Shown here piece by piece: positions 20,974-33,389 of a stretch of DNA of 64,000 bases (positions are counted from its first letter, which is position 1; every line of letters starts with the position of its first letter). This DNA is from Scenedesmus sp. PABB004 (taxonomy: Eukaryota): NCBI GenBank assembly GCA_014905635.1, contig JABVCE010000021.1, positions 248,001 to 312,000 of the forward strand. Direction: 5' to 3'. The translations under genes and the position numbers were made by a program. The notes under the pieces were generated by a model, which was not told where the DNA came from, did not search any database, and worked only from the letters and a program-made list of their open reading frames with translations.

Positions 20974-21212
20974 GTGCGACCACGCGGCTGGGCGGTGGGG
21001 CGGTGTAATTGCAGCCCAGGACGCGGCCGCCGCCGGCGGCTGGGGGGCGCGGGCGAGCCCCCGCGCGCGCGAGCTGCGCGCCGCGACCGCCGGCGGCGGC
21101 GCGGCGCGCGCAGGGACGGGCGCGGGCCGGCGCGCGTCACACGTGCGACGTCGGAGGCCGGCGATCGGGGGCGCGCCCGCCACGTTCCGCGCGAGGCGAG
21201 CAAGTTAGGTGC

Positions 21213-21975
21213 TGCCGCGGCGCGGCGCGGAGCGCGCTGGCGCGCGCCGGCAGCTGCGGCGCGCGGCCGGCTGGCCCGCGCCGCGCGGTCGCGCCGCCCG
21301 TGGGCACCTGCTTGCTGAGGTCCAGCGCCAGCTTGCGCGCCAGCTCCGCGAGGTGGCTGTCCTTCTCCACCCGCCCCACCAGCAGCACGATCACCGACGC
21401 GCAGCACTCGGCGTCTGCGCGGCGCGGCGGGTGAGCGCGCGCCGGCGCTGACCCTGCACGAGTTGCTGCCCGGCGGCCGCGGCACGGCCGGCGGCGCGCG
21501 CCTCGCCGGCGCGTTCCGGCAGGCGGCCGCCGCCGCGGTGGACCCCCCGGCGTGAGCGGCGTGTGCGGTGCGCTGCGCTCTCCGTCCTGGGCAGGACGTT
21601 AAAAGGCCTCTTGCTGTTGTGTTGTGTTGCCAGGTTAGGTCAGGCGTGTGCGCGTGCGTTTCTCGCCTTGTCACCCGTTCCGGGTGGGGGGACCCCTCGC
21701 GGGGCACCGACCTGCGGGCCGGTCCCAAACCGTCATGCCTCGCGCCGCTGTGGCCTGTTTCAGGCGGCCGGCGATCAGAGGATGCCCATGGTCGGTGTTG
21801 GCGGCGGCGGCGCGCGCGCGCGGCGGTGGCAGCGCCGCGCACGCGCGCCGCGCGCCCGCGGCGCCGGGGCGCCCCCCGGGGCGCCCCGGCAGCCCCCATC
21901 CCCCCAGCCGCCGGTGTTGAGACCACCGGCCGGCGCTCCCACGGCGGTAGCGAGGCCGGGGAGCACGCCCAGGCG
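21213..21975 (+). mobile_element. Non-autonomous internally deleted derivative of the Fanzor element (763 bp)
   Basis: 21213-21448 matches 8713-8948 (eIF3m-derived left end), joined through a gcgc microhomology to 21445-21975, which matches 18459-18990. Flanked by direct repeat agcaagttaggtgc (21199-21212 and 21976-21989). Confidence 0.92.
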
Positions 21976-22174
21976 AGCAAGTTAGGTGCGCTCCTTGCTC
22001 GCCCCCAGGGCCCTCCGCTGCCGCCCCCCAGACCCGAGAGTCCGACGCGCCCCTCGCCGCAGTCGACTGCCGCCCGCGCGCCCCCAAAGCACTCACGGCG
22101 AACGCTCGCGCGCTGCGGTGCCCGTGAGTCCATGGCCGCGTGACCTGCGCGTCGCACCGATCAGAGACCGCGCC

Positions 22175-24197
22175 ATGCAGCTGCGCGCCGGCCTGACCGG
22201 CGCGCGGGCGGGCGCGGGCGGGCGGGCGCCATGCCGCGCGCTGCCCGCGGCAGCCCACGCTTCGGGGAGCGGCGCCGGCGTCGCCCCCAGTCTACGTCGG
22301 CGAGGAGCGGCCGGTGCGCGCGCGCCGGGGGCGTGGGGGCGCCGGGAGGGCCGGGCGCGGCAGCGCAGCGCCAAATTTGTTTGCCCTCGCGCCCGCGCAC
22401 GCGCTGCGCGGCCGCCAGGGGGCCCAGGCGCGTGCGCGCCGCCCGCCACCGCGCCGGCGGCGAGTCCTCACGCCCCCGGCGCGCGCCGCGCAGGCGCTGG
22501 TGATGCTGCGCTGCCGGCAGACGCACCGCGGCGCGCGCGGAGCGTCGCAGCCCGCGGCTACGGCGGCTACGAGCAGAACACCTTCTCGCCGAGCTCCCAG
22601 CCGCCGCAATTCTCCAGCCCCGCCGGCAGCAGGCGCGCGGCGCGCGGCGGCGCCAGGCTGCCGCTGCTGCCGCGCGCGCCGCGCCGCGCGCGGGGCCGGC
22701 GCCGCGCGTGCGCACGCGCCCCCGCGCCGAGCACCGCCCCGCCGCCGCCTTGCCGCCGCTGCCGCGCGCGCAGGCCGCAGAGCCCGCAGCAGCAGACGGG
22801 CACGGCGCTCGCGAGCCAGGAGGGCGGCACCGCGCTCAAGGCCAAGGAGCAGCCCAAGACGGTGCAGGTGCGCTTCTGGCTGAAGTTCCACGTCGACTAC
22901 GGCCAGACGATCCGCATCATCGGCGGCCACGAAGCCATGGGTGCGCGGCGAGGCGGGCCGCAGCAGCAGCAGCCGCGCGCGCGCGCGCGCGCGCGCGAGT
23001 CGCGGCCCTTGCGCCGCGCGCGCGCCTCACCGCACGCGCGCCGACGCGCGGCGGCAGGCGCGTGGAACCTCGCCAAGGCGCCGTTCCTGCGCTGGAGCGA
23101 GGGCGACCTGTGGAACGTGGCGCTCGAGGTCGCCGCCGGCGGCGTGTACGAGTACAAGTGCGCCCCGCGCCCCCGCCGCGCCCGCGCCATCCAGGGCCCG
23201 GGGTTGTTGTCGCGCCAGGGGGCCGCCGCCCCGCGTGCCGCCCCGCCCGCCCACGCCGCGCCGCCGCCGCCGCCGCGCCCCCAGGTACGTCGTCGTCGAG
23301 GGCGACGGCGTGACCGCGGCGAGCTGGCAGCGCGGCGCGAACAACGTGCTCGCGCTGCAGCTCAGCGACGAGGAGGTGGAGGTCTACGACAACTGGTGAC
23401 CAGGGGCCGGCGCGGGCCAGCAGCGCGGGCCAGCAGCAGGGGCCAGCAGCAGGGGCCAGCAGGGGACGGCGGCGGGGTGGCAGCAGCAGGACGCGCCGAG
23501 CCGCTGCCGCGGGCGCCGCCGCCGCGGGCGCCGCCTGGCGGAGGCCCGCCCGCGCCCACTCACCCGCTTCCGCGCGCGCTCACTCGCGCGCTCCCGCTCG
23601 CAGGAAAAACGCGCCCGGCGCGCTCGTGCTGGTGGACGGGACGGAGATCACGCGCGAGCGCAAGCTGCTCGCGTGGGCGGGCGACATGACGCTGCAGCGC
23701 ACGGAGCTGCGGCGCACGCGCATGGAGCTGGCGCAGGCGCGCGAGGAGATCCGCGTGCTGCGCGCCGAGCTCAGCGTGCTGCGCATGGAGGTGTCGGAGG
23801 CCAACATCGCGCGCGCGGCGGCCGAGGCGCGGCAGCTCGAGCTCGAGCGCGCCAACAGCTCTCTGCGGCTCGAGGTCACCGCGAGCCAGGCGAGCGCGCG
23901 CAGCACGATGGAGGAGGCGGTGCGGCTGCTGAGTGAGTGGCGCGCGCGCGCGCGCGCGGGGCGCCGCGGGGCGGGCGGCGGCGGCCGGGGCGCGCGGGCG
24001 GCGGCCAAAGCGGGCGGCGGCCGGGGCGGGCGGTCGGCGGCGCGGCCGCGTCTGCGCCTGCGCGCTCACCGCCCCCCGCCCCCCTCTTGCGCCGCCAGAC
24101 AACATGGATGACGATGGCGGTGACGGCCCCGACGGCGGCGGCGGCAGCAGCGGCAGCGCGTACGCTGCCGCGCCGTCCAGCAGCGGCAGCCACGGCA

Positions 24198-24230
<33 letters not shown>

Positions 24231-24553
24231 TGTTTGGCAGCCTCTTTGGCGGCTTTGGCGGCGCGAGCTCGCGCGCCAACGCGCGCGCGCCGGGCGACCA
24301 GGACCAGGGCGGCGGCCCCGGCGGCGCGGCGGGCGCGGTCGTCGCGGCGGCGGCGGCCATGGCCGCCGCCGCCGACGCGCGGCGCCACGGCGACGGCGGC
24401 GGCGAGCCCGGCGCCGCGCCGGGCGGCAGCGGGACGTACAGCCCCAACACGAGCAGCGGCACGCGGAGCTACACGCCCCCGAGCGGCGCCAACGGCGTCG
24501 CGGGCGGCAGCTCGGAACCGGTCTCCGCCAACGGCGTGCCCAAGGGGCAGTGA
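22175..24553 (+). CDS. CBM20 starch-binding-domain protein with coiled coil, probably plastid-targeted (spliced)
   Basis: VQVRFWLKFHVDYGQTIRIIGGHEAMG/AWNLAKAPFLRWSEGDLWNVALEV...YEYK/YVVV...WQRGANNVL is CBM20-like; followed by a heptad-rich exon. Confidence 0.85.
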
Positions 24554-25502
24554 GGCGCGCGCGCCGCGGGGCGACGCGCCTGCGCCGCGCCGCGCCGCGC
24601 CGCCGGTGATCTGCCGAGGAGGAGGGGCCAGCAGCGCGGCTGGCTGGCTGGCGGGGGCCGCACGGCCCGCGCGGGCCGCGCGGCGGCAGGCAGGAGAGTC
24701 TTTTGCAAGGGCACGCTTGCTTGTTGCGAGGGCGGGGCTGCAGCGGGTGGCTGGCACGCCCACGACGCACACAGAGACCCACGACACCACCGGCTCCCCA
24801 CGCGGCGGCGCGACGCCGGTCGCGCCGCGCCGCGCATGGCAGACGCGTGCCATGCCGGCGGGGCCCCTTGAGGCGCGGGCCGACGGAGAGGGCGCGCGGG
24901 GGGCGCGGGCTATAGCGCCCGGCGCCCCGCGTGGCTGGCCGACGCGCGCCCAAGGCGGGGCAGGGCGGGCGGGGGGCGACGGCTGCGGGGGCTGAAGGTG
25001 GGAGGGGCCGGGGGGCGTTTGTGTGTTCAGTTGTCTGCGCGCGGTCCTGACGCCGGGCGCGCGCCGTGTGTCGGTGCGCGCGGCGCGGCGGCGCCAGCGC
25101 CGGTCAATCGAAGAGCCAGCGGGCCCACGCGACGGTGGCCGCACCTGCTCCCGCGCACGCGGCCCCGCGGCGGGCGCGGCGCGCGCGGCGCCCGTCCGTC
25201 CGCCGCGCCGACGCGGCGGCGGCGGGCGCCGGCACGCCCGGCAGCGCCCGCCGCGCGGCGCCGTGCCGCGCCGTAGTATCGTTAGGGGCGGGGGCGGCGG
25301 GCCGCCATCTGTCGGGCCGCGGGCGGGAGAGAGCCGCACTGCGCTGGCAACACACCGTGTACACCCGCGCCGCGGCCGATCGAGACCGACTCGCTCCGTG
25401 GTTACCCCGCGCGTGCGCGCCCCGCCCGCGCTCGCTCCTCTCCGCCCCGCCGCCGCCGCCGCCACCGCGGCGCGGCCCCCGCGCCGCCGCACCGCGGCGC
25501 GC

Positions 25503-28156
25503 TCAGTGCACCGCCTGCGGCGCGCGCGGCGCGCCTCGGCTGCCCTTGGCCGCCAGCGTCTCGCCCGCCGCCGCGAGCGCGTCGCGCAGCGCGCCGAGCT
25601 GCTGCCCGAGGCCCGCCCACTCGTTGGAGGTGAAGGTGCGGTGGTGCACGCGCGACACGGTCACGCGCGACGCGACCTGGTCGATGCGCGCGTCGATGAG
25701 CTTGGCGCCGATCGCACGCACCAGCCACGGCTGGACCTGGCGGCCGCGGCGGGCGCGGGCGGGCGGGTCGGCAGGCGCGGCGGGCGCGGCGGGCGCGGCG
25801 GGCGGCGCGGGCGGGCGGCCGCGGCGCGGCGCCGTGCGGCGAGGCGCGCGCACCTGCTCCGCGGGGATGTCCAGCGCCGCCTGCACCTCGGCGAGGGGCA
25901 CGGCGGCGCCGTTGGCGCGGCCGCCGAGCACGAGCAGGGCGAGCATGCGCGTCTTGTCGGTCGCCGCCTCGGCCGTCACGCCCACCGCCTCCAGCACCGC
26001 GGGCGTCGCCGCGGCCTTGAAGCCTGCGCGGCAGGGCAGGGCGCGGGGCAAGCGCGTCGCTGCGGCCGCGCGAGCGCAGCCGCGGCGGCGGCGGCGGCGG
26101 GCGGGTGGGCGCGCGCCCCTTCCCGCGCGCCGCCGCCCCGCGCACCCGGCAGGTCGCCGCGCAGCATCGTGTCCAGCAGCTGCAGCAGCGGCGCGGTCGC
26201 AGCATCGCGGCCGAGCTGCGTGACCGCGGGCAGCTCCCAAAAGTCGCACTGGAAGGCGTCGGGGCTGCGCACAAACGCCTTGACCGCCTCCGCGGCAAAC
26301 GGCTTCACCTGCAAGGGCGGGCGGGCGCGCGCGGCGCGCGCAGAGCGCGTGAGCGCGCCGCGCCGCGCGGGCGAGCGCGCCGGCGGCGGGCGGGCGGGCG
26401 GGCGGGCGGGCGGGCGGGCGGGCGGGCGGGCGGGCACGCCGCGGCCGCACCTTGGCGAGGTCGGCGCCGTCCGTCGCCAGCGCCAGCGCGGCGCCCAGCA
26501 GGCGCAGGTACTCCTTGCCTGCCGCGCGGTCGCCCACGACCTGTGGCGCGGGCGCAGGGCGCAGGGTGCGGGCGCGCGGGGGCGCGGGCGCGTGGGCGGG
26601 CGGGCAGCGCGGGAGCCGCGCGGCACACGCGCGGCGATGACGGCGCAAGACGCGCAGCGCGCCGCCGCGCGCGGCGACAGGGCGGGGCGGGGCCTCGGGC
26701 GTTTGCTCTCATCACTGGCGGGCTCAAACAATGTAGATAAGGATGTTTGGCTGTTGGATCGTCACCGGCCGGCGCAACAGCACGGCAAGGCACGCACGCA
26801 AGCACAGCAAGCACGGGCCGCGCCGCGGCGGGCGCTACGCAGCGCACGGCGCACCTTCATGAGGGACGCCAGCTGGAGGTGCAGCTCGATGGCCATGCTG
26901 GGCTTCAGCCCCCACACGCGCCGCCACTCGTCGGCCTTGCCCTGCGCAGGCGGCGGCGCTGGCACGTCGGCGGCGCGGCGACGCGCAGGGGCGCGCCACC
27001 AGCAGCAGCAGCAGCAGCAGCAGCGGCAGCAGCAGCAGCAGCGGCGGCAGCAGCGGCGGCGGCGGGCGGCGCGCCTTGACGACGGGCGCGAGCAGCGCGG
27101 CGAGGCTCTTGCTCTGCTTGGCAAACTCCAGCGCCTGCAGCAGCACCACGTAGCGCGCCGGCGCGGTGCCGACGTTGCTGTACAGCCCCAGCAGCGCGTT
27201 GAGCTTCACCTCGCCCATCACCTCGGGCTGCGCGGCGCAGTGCGGCGCGGGGCAACGCGGCGCGCGAAGCGGCGCGTGATGCGGCGGCGCGGCGCGGAGC
27301 GCGCTGGCGCGCGCCGGCAGCTGCGGCGCGCGGCCGGCTGGCCCGCGCCGCGCGGTCGCGCCGCCCGTGGGCACCTGCTTGCTGAGGTCCAGCGCCAGCT
27401 TGCGCGCCAGCTCCGCGAGGTGGCTGTCCTTCTCCACCCGCCCCACCAGCAGCACGATCACCGACGCGCAGCACTCGGCGTCTGCGCGGCGCGGCGGGTG
27501 AGCGCGCGCCGGCGCCGCGCCGGCCCTGCTCGCTGCCGCTCGCCGCCGCGCCAGCCCGCGCCGCCCGCCCCGCGCCCCGCTCGCCGCCGCCGCGCGGCGC
27601 ACCCTTTTCGCTGGCCTTTGCGAACACCAGGTCCAGGTGGCCGGCCATGCGCTTGATGAGCTCATCCCAGCGGCCCTCGCCCGCGAGGGCGGTGCACTCA
27701 GCCACGAACTTGGAGCCCGCCGTGTCTGCGAGCGCCGTCTTGCCGCCCTGCGGCGCGCGCGCGGAGCAGCAGCGGCGGCGCCCGCCGGCGCGTCGGGCGC
27801 AGCGCGGCGCGCGCCGGCGCCGGGCGCGGCGGGGCAGGCTGCCGCGCGGCCCCGGCCGGGCCGCGGCGCCTGGCGGGCCCGGGGCGCGCCGCTGCTGCTG
27901 CGGCAGCCGGCGGCCAATCATCACGCGCCGCCCCGGCGCCAGGGGCGGGCCGCCCGCGGCCGGGCCGGGGGCACTGGCCACCACGGCGCCCGGGGGCGCG
28001 TCGATCGTGCGGCCGCGGGCCTCCAGCGCGGGCGGGGCGGTTGCGCGGCGCGCCCGCCATTCAGCGCACCGCGCCCTCGTCCAGCAGGCCCCCGATGTGC
28101 CGCGCGACCGCGATGTGGCTGTCCTCCTCCACCGTCTCAACCAGGTGGATCGTCAT
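25503..28156 (-). CDS. EIF3M: Eukaryotic translation initiation factor 3 subunit M (PCI domain), spliced
   Basis: MTIHLVETVEED...; KTRMLALLVLG; VQPWLVRAIGAKLIDARIDQVASRVTVSRVHHRTFTSNEWAGL is a PCI C-terminus typical of eIF3m. Confidence 0.85.
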
Positions 28157-28454
28157 GGCGCCGTGCGAGCGCTGCTGCGCGGCTGCCGCTGCTGAGACTG
28201 CGCCTGCGCTGGCGGCGAGCGCGTGGGCGTTGCGTGCCTGTGCGTTGAGCGTGTGCGCGGCGTGGTGAGCGGGCGCGACGACAGCGCGCAAAACCATGGA
28301 TGGACCGCGCCTCCCAGCCTGCGGCCCAGCCCGGCCCCCGCCAGCCCGCCCCCTCGCCTCTGAGCTGCCGGCAGCCCCTCGCGACCAGGCGCGCCCCCGC
28401 TCGTGCAGGAGGTTTGCCGGGGCACGCGCGAGCAGCACGCGCGAGCAGGGCGCC

Positions 28455-29128
28455 ATGTCGCTGGCCCCGCGCGGCAGCTGCCTGACGGCACGCCCGCACG
28501 CGCCGGCGCGCCGCCCGGTGCGCAGCCGCGGCGGCGCAGCCGCGGCGGCAGCAGCAGTGCTCGCGCGGCGCACGCCGCAGGCCCCGCCACCACCGCCGCC
28601 GCCACCCGCCCGCGCAGGACGCCGGGCGGCCGGCGCAGCAGCAGAGGCAGCAGTGGCGGCAGCAGCTGCGTGCGCCGCCGCTGGCGGCGCCGTGCCGCGC
28701 GGGCGACGACCGCCACGGCAGCGGCGGCGTCGACTGGGACAGGGAGTGGAGCAGGTGCGGGGGCGCGGCGAGTCGCGGGGCGCGCGCCGGGCCGCGCCGG
28801 GCCGCGCCGGGCCGCGCCGACCGGCGCCGCCGCCCGCGCCGCCCGCGCCGCCTCCGTGCCCAGCTTCTCGAGCGGCGGCGGCGGCCCGGCGCGCGGCGGC
28901 GTGCGCGCCTACGCGCAGCGCCGCCGCGGCGGCGGCGTGCCGGTGGACCCGTCGGCCAAGCTCACGCGCGACGCGATCAAGCGCGAGGAGAGCGTGCTGC
29001 TCAACGCGTGGTCGTCGGGCGCGTTCCAGGGCGCCGGCGCGGCGCTCGCGGTGCTCGTGCTGCTGGGCGTGCTGCTCGCGGCGGGGCCGCCGCCCGCGGA
29101 CAGCCGCTGCACGCTGCCGTGGTGCTGA
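28455..29128 (+). CDS. Small hypothetical protein, transit-peptide-like N-terminus and C-terminal TM helix
   Basis: MSLAPRGSCLTARP...; intron ~28755-28863; ...NAWSSGAFQGAGAALAVLVLLGVLLAAGPPPADSRCTLPWC*. Confidence 0.6.
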
Positions 29129-29731
29129 CGGAGGGGCGGGCGGGCAGAGGGGGAGGCAGCGGGGGAGCGCGGCGCCTGCCGCATGTGACGGCGGCGGCGC
29201 TGCCGAGCCCGGCGGCAGCGCCGCCCCTGGAGGGCCGCGGCGGGCCCGGCGGGCGGCTGGCCAACGCGCCGCCGCAGCGCCCGCGAGCTGCGCCGGACGG
29301 ACGGTGGCGGCGCGCGGTTGGGTCGGAGGGAGAGAGAGCGAGAATTGGACCGGCCGTTGTAACCGCGTGCTGTGCGTGCAGCGCTCCGCTCAGCGTGCGT
29401 GCGGCGGCGGCAACCGATCACACACCGGGCCTGCCCCCGCCCGGCGCCACCGGTGGCAAGTGCGCCCTGTGCAAGACGTCTGCGTCGACCGATCGTGAGG
29501 AAAGCAACGCGCAGCCGAAAGGCACAAGGCAAGAAGGAAGTGGCAGGGTTTAGGCAGGTGCGGCAAATGCAGGTCACGCCAACACCTCTTCCTCACGAGC
29601 GCCGGTCGGTCGGTGCAGCACGGTGACGCGCGGCCCGCCGCTCCCCCGCCGCGCTCGTCTACCCCCACCCACACCCACACCCACCCACCACCACCACACC
29701 GTCCGCGCATGTGCGCGTGAGTTTCAGCTGG

Positions 29732-32593
29732 CTACGCCTCGCTGCCCGCGTCGTCGTGCCCGCCCAGCCCCTCGTCCTCCCGCGCCCCGCCCTCCGAGCC
29801 GGGCCTGCCGCGGTCGCTGCTGCCGCTATCGCTGCTGCGCCTGCCTGCGCTGCCGCTGCTGCTGCTGGTCACGTTGCCCAGCACTTCGATCGCCGTCACG
29901 GGGCTGCCACTGACCACGCCGTTGCCGCTCGGCGCCAGCCCCGCGCCCGGGATGGGCAGCCCGGGGGTGCCGCCCAGGCTGAGGCCCAGCGCGGCGGCCG
30001 CCGCGTCGGCGCCGCCGCTCACGCGGCGCACGAGGCAGGCGATCAGCTCGCCCGCGTCGTCGGCGCCGTCGGCCGGCGGCAGCGGCGACAGGGGCTCGCC
30101 GCCGCCAAAGCCCGGCCCCGCGCCCTCGCCCGCGCCGGGCGCGGCGGGCTCGGCGAGGCGCAGCTCCGCCAGCGCCGCCTGCAGTGCCGCCGCGTTGGGC
30201 GGCGGCGCGTCGCCGCCGCTGTCGCCGTCCGAGGAGGGTTCCACCGACAGCGGCTCGCGCAGCATCGCCTCGTCGTCGCCCTCGCCGCCGCAGCTGGGCT
30301 CGGGGCTGCCGCCGCCCGCGAGCTCGCCCAGCAGCTCCTCGGGGCTCGCCATCAGCGCCGCCGCCGCAAACGCGGCCGCCGCGCTCACCGCCGCGGCGTC
30401 GGCGGCGTCAACGCCCCCGCCGACGCCGGCGCCCGGCTCCGCGGCGCCCAGGCCCGCCAGCGCCTCGCCGCCGCCGCCGCCGCCCGGCGGCGCGCCCGCG
30501 TCGGCGCCGCTGCTGGCGCGGCTGTGGCGGCCGCGCGCGGGCGCGCCGCTGCTCGCGGTGCTGCAGGCGTCGCTGGCGCCGGACGCGGCTGCCAGGCCGC
30601 CGGACTGGGCCCGCGAGCAGCGGAACATTATGGTCTCGCCCGTCTCGTCATCGATGAGGTAGTCCTCGTCATCATCACCCGCCTGCATGGATGACGTCGT
30701 GACGCCCGCCTGCGGGATGACGTCACCCAGGCGGGCGTCCGCCGGGTCGACCGCGGCGCTGCCGTCGGCGACGGCCGCCGCCGGCGCGAGCGCCACCCCC
30801 AGCGGCAGCGGCTGCTCCGCGCCCTCCTGCTGCTGCTCCTGCTCCTGCTCCTGCTCCTGCTGCTGCTCCGGCAGCAGCTGCTGCGGCGCCTCCTCCTGCT
30901 GCGTCCGCGCCGGCTGCAGCGGCTCCGGCTCGGACAGCTGCGCCAGCAGCTCCTGCTCAAACGCGGCCGACGCGGCCTGGGGCAGCAGCTCCACGCGCGC
31001 CGGCTCGTCGGGCGTCCCGCCCCAGCTCGGCGCCGGCGGCGCCTGCAGCACGACGACGCCGTGACCCGTGCCCGCGCCGCGCGCGGCGTCGGCCGCCGCC
31101 TCGGCCGTGGACGGCGGCGGGGTGCGCTCGGCGGCGGCCTCGGGCGGCGCGTCGCTGCCGTCGCCTTCAAACAGCAGCGAGTCGGGCAGGTCGGCCGCGC
31201 TGGCCCCCGCCGCGCGCCGCGCGGCGGCAGCCGCCTGCGCCTCCGCGGCGGCGCGCGCCATGCGCTGCCGCGCCTGCATCGCGCGCTGCAGGTCGGTCAG
31301 CCCGTCATCCGGCTCGTCCTCCTCCTCCTGCGCCGGCGCGCACGGCGCGGCCGCGGTTGCTGCCGCGGCGGCCTGCTGCTGCTGCGCAGCAGCAGCCGCC
31401 GCGCGCGCGGCCGCAGCCAGGCGCTGCCGCTCCAGCAACGCCATCTGCAGCTCGTCCACGCCGCTGGAGCCGTCCGGCTCTGCCTCGGCGTCCAGCCACG
31501 GCCGCTGCTGGCGCTGGCGCTGCGGCGGCTCGCTGGCGTGGCCCGAGCCGTCCGGCTCTGCCTCCGCGTCCAGCCACGGCCGCTGCTGGCGCTGGCGCTG
31601 CGGCTGCGGCGACTGCGGCTGCGGCGACTGCTCGACAGCTGCGGCCACAGGCTGCTGCTGAGCCGCCCGGGCCCCTGCCGCCTGCTGCGCCAGGCGCTGC
31701 CGTGCCAGCATCGCACGCTGCAGGTCGGTCAGCCCGTCCGACTCCACGCTGCCGTCCGACGCCGTGTCGTCGTCCGAGTCCTGCTGCGGCGCGCTCTCCG
31801 CCGCGGCGGCCTGCTGGCTCAGCTGCTGCCGCTCCAGCAGCGCGGCGCGCAGCGTGCCACCGTCGTCGGCGGCGGCGCCGTCGCCGGCCGCGGGCCGCCC
31901 CGCCGCCGCCTGCCGCGCGAGCTGCTGCCGCGCGAGCATCGCGGCCTGCAGCTCGTCGTCCTGCTGCCCCTTGATGAAGAGCTGCGCCAGCGCGCCGGTC
32001 ACTGCCGGCGACGCCGCGCGCGCCGGTTGCGGCTCCGGGAAGGCGCTGCTGCCGACGCTGCCCCCGCTGCCCGCGCTGCTGCTGGCCAGCTGCTGGTGCG
32101 CGGGGCGCGCGGGCTGGTGGCGGCGCTGCCGCCCGCCCTGGCCGCCGCGCCCGCCAGCAGCGCGGCGAGCGCGCCGCTGCTGCTCTTGCCGCCGGACGCC
32201 GAGCCGCCCGCCCGCTTCAGCAGCCCCATGCTCGGCGTCGGCGGCAGCCCCGCGCCGCCGCCGCCGCCGCCGCCGCCGCTGCTCGCGCTGGCGCTGCCGC
32301 CGCCGGCCTGCAGCTCCGCGAGCAGCGCCGAGCCGCTGCCCGGGCGGCCGCGGCCGGGCATGGCGGAGACGCTGCCGTTGCCGCTCGTGCGCGAGTGCTG
32401 CGAGCCGTCGAGGGGGCTGGGCCCGGGCTCGTCCCAAAACCCCTCATCCTCCTCCTCCTCCGCCCAGCCGTCCGGCTTGAACTTGGTGGCCTTGGCGCCC
32501 CAGTCGGGCGGCGGCGGGCTGCGGCTGGCGTTGCTCGCGGCCGGCATGTCCCAGGGCCCGCTGGACCCCCGCCGCCGCGCGCAGAGCCGGCGA

Positions 32594-32650
<57 letters not shown>

Positions 32651-33349
32651 TCTGCTGCCAAGTGTAGGCACCGCCGCCGCCGCCGCCGCCCGCCGCACCG
32701 GCCGCCACGCCGGAGGCGGGCGAGCGCGTGCTGCCGGAGCCCGCCGACGCGGAGCGCGCAAAGAGCTGCGCCGGCTTGATGCTCACGCCGCGCGCCTGCT
32801 GCGCCGGCTGCGCCACCGGGACGAACCCCGAGCGCGCGCCGCCGCCGCCAAAGCCGCCGGCCGCGGCGGGCGCGGCCGCGCCGGGCGCGACCGTGACGGT
32901 CGCCGCCTGCGCGACGCCCTGCAGCACCTGCTGCAGCACCGCGGTCGTCTGCATGCTCTGCTTGTACTGCTGAACGACCTGGTGCAGCGCGGCGGGGTTG
33001 TGCAGCAGCGACGCCGCCGCCGCCTGGACGTGCGTGCTGCTGACCGTCACGGCCGCGGGCGGCGCCGCGCCGCCGGCGCCGGGGCCGGCGGCGGCGCCGG
33101 CGGGGGCCGGCAGCGGCAGGCGCTGCGGCGGCGCGGCAAGGTAGCCTGCCACGTGCGGCTGCTGCTGCTGCTGCTGCGCCTGCGCCTGCTGCGCCTGCTG
33201 CGCCTGCGCCTGGCGCTGCAGCGCCTGGCCGGCAAAGGGCCCGGAGGTCGGGAAGAACCCGGTCGTCTGCTGCGCCGGCGCGTTGGGGCTGGGCGCGAGC
33301 CCCGCCGCGACGTCCTGGGGGTATGGGAACGTCCAGGCGCACCGCCTGC

Positions 33350-33389
<40 letters not shown>

